From contig OZ242260.1 in assembly GCA_965207065.1 (NCBI GenBank), positions 4,000,001-4,064,000 of the forward strand: a DNA stretch of 64,000 nucleotides, read 5' to 3'. This document shows, piece by piece, positions 61,101 through 64,000 of this stretch. Position 1 is the first letter of the stretch; each line of letters begins with the position of its first letter. The stretch is from a bacterium. Lineage in GTDB: Bacteria > UBA8248. Under the pieces are notes generated by a model. It was given only the letters and a program-made list of their open reading frames with translations. It was not told where the DNA came from and did not search any database. The position numbers and the translations under genes were made by a program.

Positions 61101-61532
61101 AGAGATAATTGAAACAGAAGGGCCGATACTCACCGATCGCCTCTACCGTGTTTATATGCGGTCAAGCAGATTGGGAAGAGCTGGTCGCCAGGTCAGAACA
61201 AGTCTAAATCAAGCTCTGAAGAGACTTGAAAATCAGGGTATCGTTACCATCGAAAAGAAAGGTCCGGGTAGTGGCTATGCGGAGGCGACAATCCGAATGG
61301 CGGATAGTCCGGCCGTTATCATGCGAGACCGTGGCGACCGAAATTTGGATGAAATCCCGATAGATGAGCTGGCCCAAGTATATCGTCTAATCCGGTCTGA
61401 GAGTCACGGTGGTGATGAGGATTCGATATTTCGCGAGGTTTTAGCTCGCTATGGACTTACTCGCATGACCACTAACGTTCGAGGACGATTGAAGGAAGCC
61501 GCGCAACAGATGTAGAAATTTGTTACAGCTAC
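55170..61532. mobile_element. Single-gene low-GC cassette between 268-bp direct repeats
   Basis: Composition shift at both repeat junctions; one large ORF; no integrase. Confidence 0.75.
55483..61515 (+). CDS. Hhe-like defence protein: DUF4011 + SF1 (UPF1-like) helicase + Vsr/MTES_1575-like nuclease + GreA-C-like + DUF3320-like domains
   Basis: LLGLTLRNPLL; GPPGTGKSQT; DEASQ; GDPQQLPP; HYRS; VQGDERD; RLNV..TRAR; ESPFE...YRID...ECDG.TYH...LGW.I.RIWSTDW; IIETEGPI. Confidence 0.88.
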   Translation: MRDVIDINEHIINQIADFRRLLLGLTLRNPLLSCPHGQNVKTQVRIVDELPDAVFDRLTSDGEFEFEPLPEPRNTPDDEDDEEFKQALSDYKRSSLAHQQALKQLKQSNQGTEPLEKLEREARDYVRLLLERGKWEPEQGLSQEALARRHGINPSYELPSSDREEQIERHHDDTLQTLFSEQDLIPRLRRLRERARSDLRDRGVGTLFAAFGFLEWYEDDASQRVHLAPLVLVPVELDRASRNNRQVYKLRATDEKPKSNATLAEYLNQKFEVELPELTDDDSPESYFKKIEDFVSKFQRWRMRRFLTIHIFTDAKLAIYTDLDWDAWPDDDTLSKHDGIRQLMSETGVADVSYVEGHDIDGDQTAFRFPTLICDADSSQHSAIVDALDKGNLTIYGPPGTGKSQTITNLIAAALDAGKTVLFVAEKLTALDVVHKKLCEAGLDRFCFVLHSGGIRREAVRRALRKRVDAMPPDFDQATYENLRNDWEAQRNALKLYASIMGDRIGELGITVHEVLWEEIRRREAGKSLSPNIAMIRLPKTDALALTANGLQGTKRKIGDLVSAYEALGESGTRPWRGIMGANLPPTEVDPTRHRLATWREAVSSLAVKAACLSDTIDPMSLDGIDQVIYATMLLVDYAGLGCKYDLATLASKDTQRAVIAANDAETRASNYARTICERFSLDPAELSATVEGFRSIADEASALDCADQTVGKLASLAESNRLKADELVQVNSAIECLCRLFDIAEPEAGSVQTIAQAMTVIRQTTRSLLLSRKGEWVEEGAHMYLAELEASIKKKRLEGETLDKQFNMKELPSSSELRVAGQRLKQSRTPRWLSSQSRRAVKLYRGLARERRKVDTETMAYDLLRLSEYADEVASLQVDEKGNALFSDRWQGVDTDFREAMEVADWAAKIARDFSGIGEGRAEIRHKLLHGGVDILDEIIHILNGLGDLRVENHYPTVGGPIGDPKDLMERALRIDTLADLSKKAGLPEDFQLSDTNAVADLIAHYRQEHAAAQEIPVPRLDGGTATNDETAGNLAKLCSTIHEKELTAEVWRAANKAYAEYGPDKTGEWLENLQNAVVEEEEAWDAWASPLEVNETKFFDGVERNAIPLDVMRQRADQCLDGGNTIIEWCRYRRIWDDILYTEAKPLLESFEQSKIEVGQLPIAYEMALYRSLASIIFHKYPRLEQLTGEQLHNHKQAYCETEENLQKLECARIANELHHRPVERGISTGPPSTLTERALINHQLDVRGAKVSPRDLINRSGKALRQLKPCFMMSPTTVSELLPRESELFDLVVIDEASQMLPADALGAIARARSAVIVGDPQQLPPTAFFQGVLAGTDGDDGLATASESILDLAMSAWRPHRHLRWHYRSRHSALIQFSNFKFYDNRLLVFPGPDEGASDDGVNFRYIDNGIYLDDRTNILEAERIVEAVLAFTADRDNWKRSLAVVTMNQPQRDLLDEMLDKEASENDSLAGYIRRWENELEPLTVKNLESVQGDERDVIFISTVYGPRTPGGPVSQQFGPITQQGGERRLNVLFTRARWRIDLFSSMRANDIHPHPGAHRGIEILRDYLEYAATGRIESGTSTGKPTESPFEEHVKEKLEVAGYDITPQVGVAGYRIDLGVKHTDYPDGFLLGVECDGATYHSAKSVRDRDRLREAVLRGLGWDIYRIWSTDWFSDTGREMERLLDYLQRKLTELREGRETGEPELEGTVVEEVEVLEEVRDITGEAIVDRDVPEDASDRLLEPEIVEVGDTVFYRRNVNDAEVRKVVIVAGPNDPDKGMINETKPFARAVLGRCRGEVVTVNQQNSHAELVIERVFKGQLPAGDKILDSGQPELFPSGNGIRAYHGWHGSAPDPRSISTKDLANTLREIIETEGPILTDRLYRVYMRSSRLGRAGRQVRTSLNQALKRLENQGIVTIEKKGPGSGYAEATIRMADSPAVIMRDRGDRNLDEIPIDELAQVYRLIRSESHGGDEDSIFREVLARYGLTRMTTNVRGRLKEAAQQM

Positions 61533-61540
61533 TCAGGACG

Positions 61541-62335
61541 CTAGATCGAGAGCCAGCCGCCGTCGATCGCCAGCGTGTGGCCGGTCACCATCGAGGAGGC
61601 GGGGCTCGCGAGATAGATGATGCCTCCGGCGATTTCCTCGGGCTCGCCGAGCCGGCCGAGCGGCGTGCGCGCCCTGATCTCGTCCTCGAGCCCGGGCCGG
61701 CGCTGACGCAGGTCGGCGCCGAGATTGGTGTAGAAGAAGGTCGGCGCGATGGCGTTCACCCGGATGCCACGGTCCGCCCATTCGACGGCGAGCGAGCGGG
61801 TCATGTTGACGATCGCCCCCTTGGTCGCCTGATAGGGGATGTGGGGGACCATCGCGTTCGCCCGAAACCCCATGATCGAGGCGATCGAGACGATCCGCCC
61901 CTCCCCCTGGGCCAGCATGTGCTTCGCCGCCCGGCGCGCGCAGACGAACGGGGCGGTCATGTTGACCTCGACCACCTCGTCCCAGTCCTCGTCGGGAAAT
62001 TGCTCGGTCGGGCCGGGCCGCGCGATGCCCGCATTGTTGATCAGGATGTGGAGCCCGCCGAACCGCTCGGCCGCCTCGTCGATCACGGTGTCGATGCGCT
62101 TGCGGTCGGCGACGTCGAGCCGCCAGGACTCGGCGACCCCGCCGGCCTCGCGGATCTCCGCCGCGACCCTCCCGGCCGCCGCCGGGTCGATATCGGTGAC
62201 CGCGACATGCGCCCCCGCGCCGGCAAGCGCTATCGCGGCGATTCGTCCCAGCCCGCCGCCCGCCCCGGTGACCAGCGCGCTGTTGCCGTCGATGCGAAAC
62301 AGCGCCTCGATCGAAACCTTCTCGAAACCCGCCAT
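61541..62335 (-). CDS. Short-chain dehydrogenase/reductase (gluconate 5-dehydrogenase/KduD-like)
   Basis: TGAGGGLG, NNAG, YQATK, VNAIAP, DGG. Confidence 0.92.
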   Translation of the reverse strand: MAGFEKVSIEALFRIDGNSALVTGAGGGLGRIAAIALAGAGAHVAVTDIDPAAAGRVAAEIREAGGVAESWRLDVADRKRIDTVIDEAAERFGGLHILINNAGIARPGPTEQFPDEDWDEVVEVNMTAPFVCARRAAKHMLAQGEGRIVSIASIMGFRANAMVPHIPYQATKGAIVNMTRSLAVEWADRGIRVNAIAPTFFYTNLGADLRQRRPGLEDEIRARTPLGRLGEPEEIAGGIIYLASPASSMVTGHTLAIDGGWLSI

Positions 62336-62960
62336 GGCCGCCTCCCCTGAGACCCCTCCGGTTGCGCGTCCCCCCGCCGCTCACCCGCGCGGTCAGGCAT
62401 AGCGGGATTTCCGCCCATGCACGGAACTTCAGGGCCATACCGCCTCCCACCCTGCCATTTCGCTATCGATCGAGCAAGAAGCAACCTGATGAGAAACGGA
62501 CGTGATGCCCGATTCGGCAGGGAGCGCGGAGCCTGGTCCGGAAAGTCGCGATATCTGTGCGATCGTGTTTTCATTCTCCCGTCGGGTGAAATTTTCACGC
62601 GAATGCGTATGTACAACACGCTATGAACATACCGGCCCAATAAGCCGAACAGGCAGGCGCCAGGCTTCGTCGCGCGTCGCCATCCTTCGAGGGTACGCGC
62701 GCCACCCGCTCTTTCCCGAACCGCCCGGCTCCGCAACCGGGTTCCGTCCTCCCGCGCTGTCGTTTGCTTCGGCGGGGTCCCGGTGGTACCCTGCGGTATC
62801 CATTCGGGCTTTATATTCCATCGGGCGGGGCGCAACGAACCGCCCGGCGTTTGAATCGTGGCGTGAGAGTCGTCGGCTCGCGATGCCGCCCGTTTGGACT
62901 CCCTCGGGGATGGCCCGCACAGCATGACGGTCCGAGCGCACCCATCAGGGAGGAACAGAA

Positions 62961-64000
62961 ATGTCCAAAAGCATTATCACGAGACGCGAGTTCCTGAAGT
63001 ATTCAACCGCTGGTTCACTGGCCGGCATAGGTTCCCTGGCGGCGCCGGGAATCCTGAAGTCGGGCCTTGCTTCGTCCAAGCCCATCAAGATCGGCTGCCC
63101 GATGCCGCTCACCGGGCGGTATTCCCGCGAGGCGCTCTACTGCGTCGAGGGCTACAAGCTCTGGGCCAAGCACATCAACGAGAAGGGGTACAGTTACGGC
63201 AACGAGGGGCTCCCGCACCGCGAGCCCGGGCTCATCGGCGGGCGCAAGGTCGAGCTGACCGTTCTCGACGATACCAGCGACCCCACCCAGGGCGCGCGGC
63301 TCATGCTCCATCTCATCCACAACCAGAAGGTCGACCTGCTGCTCGGCCCCTACGCCAGCTCCATCAACCTGGCGGTGCGCCCCATCGTCGCCGCGGCGAA
63401 GATTCCCACCGTCAGCGCCACCGCCTCCAGCCAGAAGATATGGCTGGGCCAGAAACTCAACTGGCAGGTGCAGCTCATGGTTCCGAGCCGCGACCGCTTC
63501 GCCGGCATGGAAGTGATGTGCAAGAACGCCGGGATGAAGAAGGTCGCCCTGCTGCACATCGACGACGCGATGCCGATCGCCGCGGCGGAGGGCGTGCGCA
63601 AGCGCATCCTGGACGCGGGCCTCGACCTCGTCCTCGACGAGGCCTATCCCATCGGGATTCAGGACATGGTGCCGCTGGTCCGCAAGGCCCGGGACGCCGG
63701 CGCCGAGGTGCTCTGCGGCGGCGGCTACTCGGCCGACTCCATCCTGATCGCCAAGGCCGCCCTTTCGCTGAAATGGGCGCCCAAGGCGATATGGTACATG
63801 TCCGCTCTCGGCCACGTGGACTTCAACCAGGCGCTCGGCAAGAACGCGGCCTGGCATTGCAGCGACACCGAATGGCTGCCGACGGCCAACTGGCCCGGCA
63901 ACAAGAAGTTCGTCGACGCCTTCGCCAAGGAGTACAACAAGGCGCCCGACTGGCTCGCGGCGGCCGGATACGGCGGTTGTCAGATTCTCGAAGAGGCGGT
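62961..64000 (+). CDS. Tat-exported branched-chain-type ABC substrate-binding protein, 3' end outside window
   Basis: Manual translation MSKSIITRREFLKY...KPIKIGCPMPLTGRY...DDTSDP...LLGPYAS; GGAGGA RBS; not in ORF track. Confidence 0.88.
   Translation, partial: MSKSIITRREFLKYSTAGSLAGIGSLAAPGILKSGLASSKPIKIGCPMPLTGRYSREALYCVEGYKLWAKHINEKGYSYGNEGLPHREPGLIGGRKVELTVLDDTSDPTQGARLMLHLIHNQKVDLLLGPYASSINLAVRPIVAAAKIPTVSATASSQKIWLGQKLNWQVQLMVPSRDRFAGMEVMCKNAGMKKVALLHIDDAMPIAAAEGVRKRILDAGLDLVLDEAYPIGIQDMVPLVRKARDAGAEVLCGGGYSADSILIAKAALSLKWAPKAIWYMSALGHVDFNQALGKNAAWHCSDTEWLPTANWPGNKKFVDAFAKEYNKAPDWLAAAGYGGCQILEEA

Noticed and set aside
54902-61800. Diversity-generating retroelement TR/VR pair
   Set aside because: Mismatches are not restricted to adenines of one copy, are mostly synonymous, and no reverse transcriptase is present.
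62400-62960. Possible ncRNA/riboswitch between SDR and Tat-SBP genes
   Set aside because: Long GC-rich spacer with small hairpins but no recognisable family motif.

Overview
GC-rich bacterial chromosome segment, dense in transport and catabolic genes: three ABC-type loci, TAXI- and DctP-type TRAP systems, four EamA/DMT and two TauE/SafE transporters, FdrA/DUF1116, a citrate synthase-aconitase-PrpF cluster, tandem MBL-hydrolase and acyl-CoA synthetase pairs, and a small housekeeping block (yajD, aroA, tenA, tag). Three visibly AT-richer single genes are inserted without any integrase or transposase in the window: a membrane/coiled-coil hypothetical, a GmrSD-type DUF262-DUF1524 nuclease and a 2010-aa Hhe-like DUF4011-helicase-nuclease. 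Main observations: (1) the Hhe-like gene is a 6.36-kb cassette between two 268-bp direct copies of an SDR gene 3' end that differ mostly at synonymous sites; (2) an unexplained ~150-bp non-coding element is present twice in inverted orientation (49.2 and 54.6 kb), bracketing the housekeeping block and facing the two defence genes; (3) a family of MITE-like shells with GGGGYTGTTGAAWAA ends carries different palindromic REP-like cargo. No rRNA, tRNA or CRISPR array was recognised. All product calls come from motif recognition by eye, not database searches.
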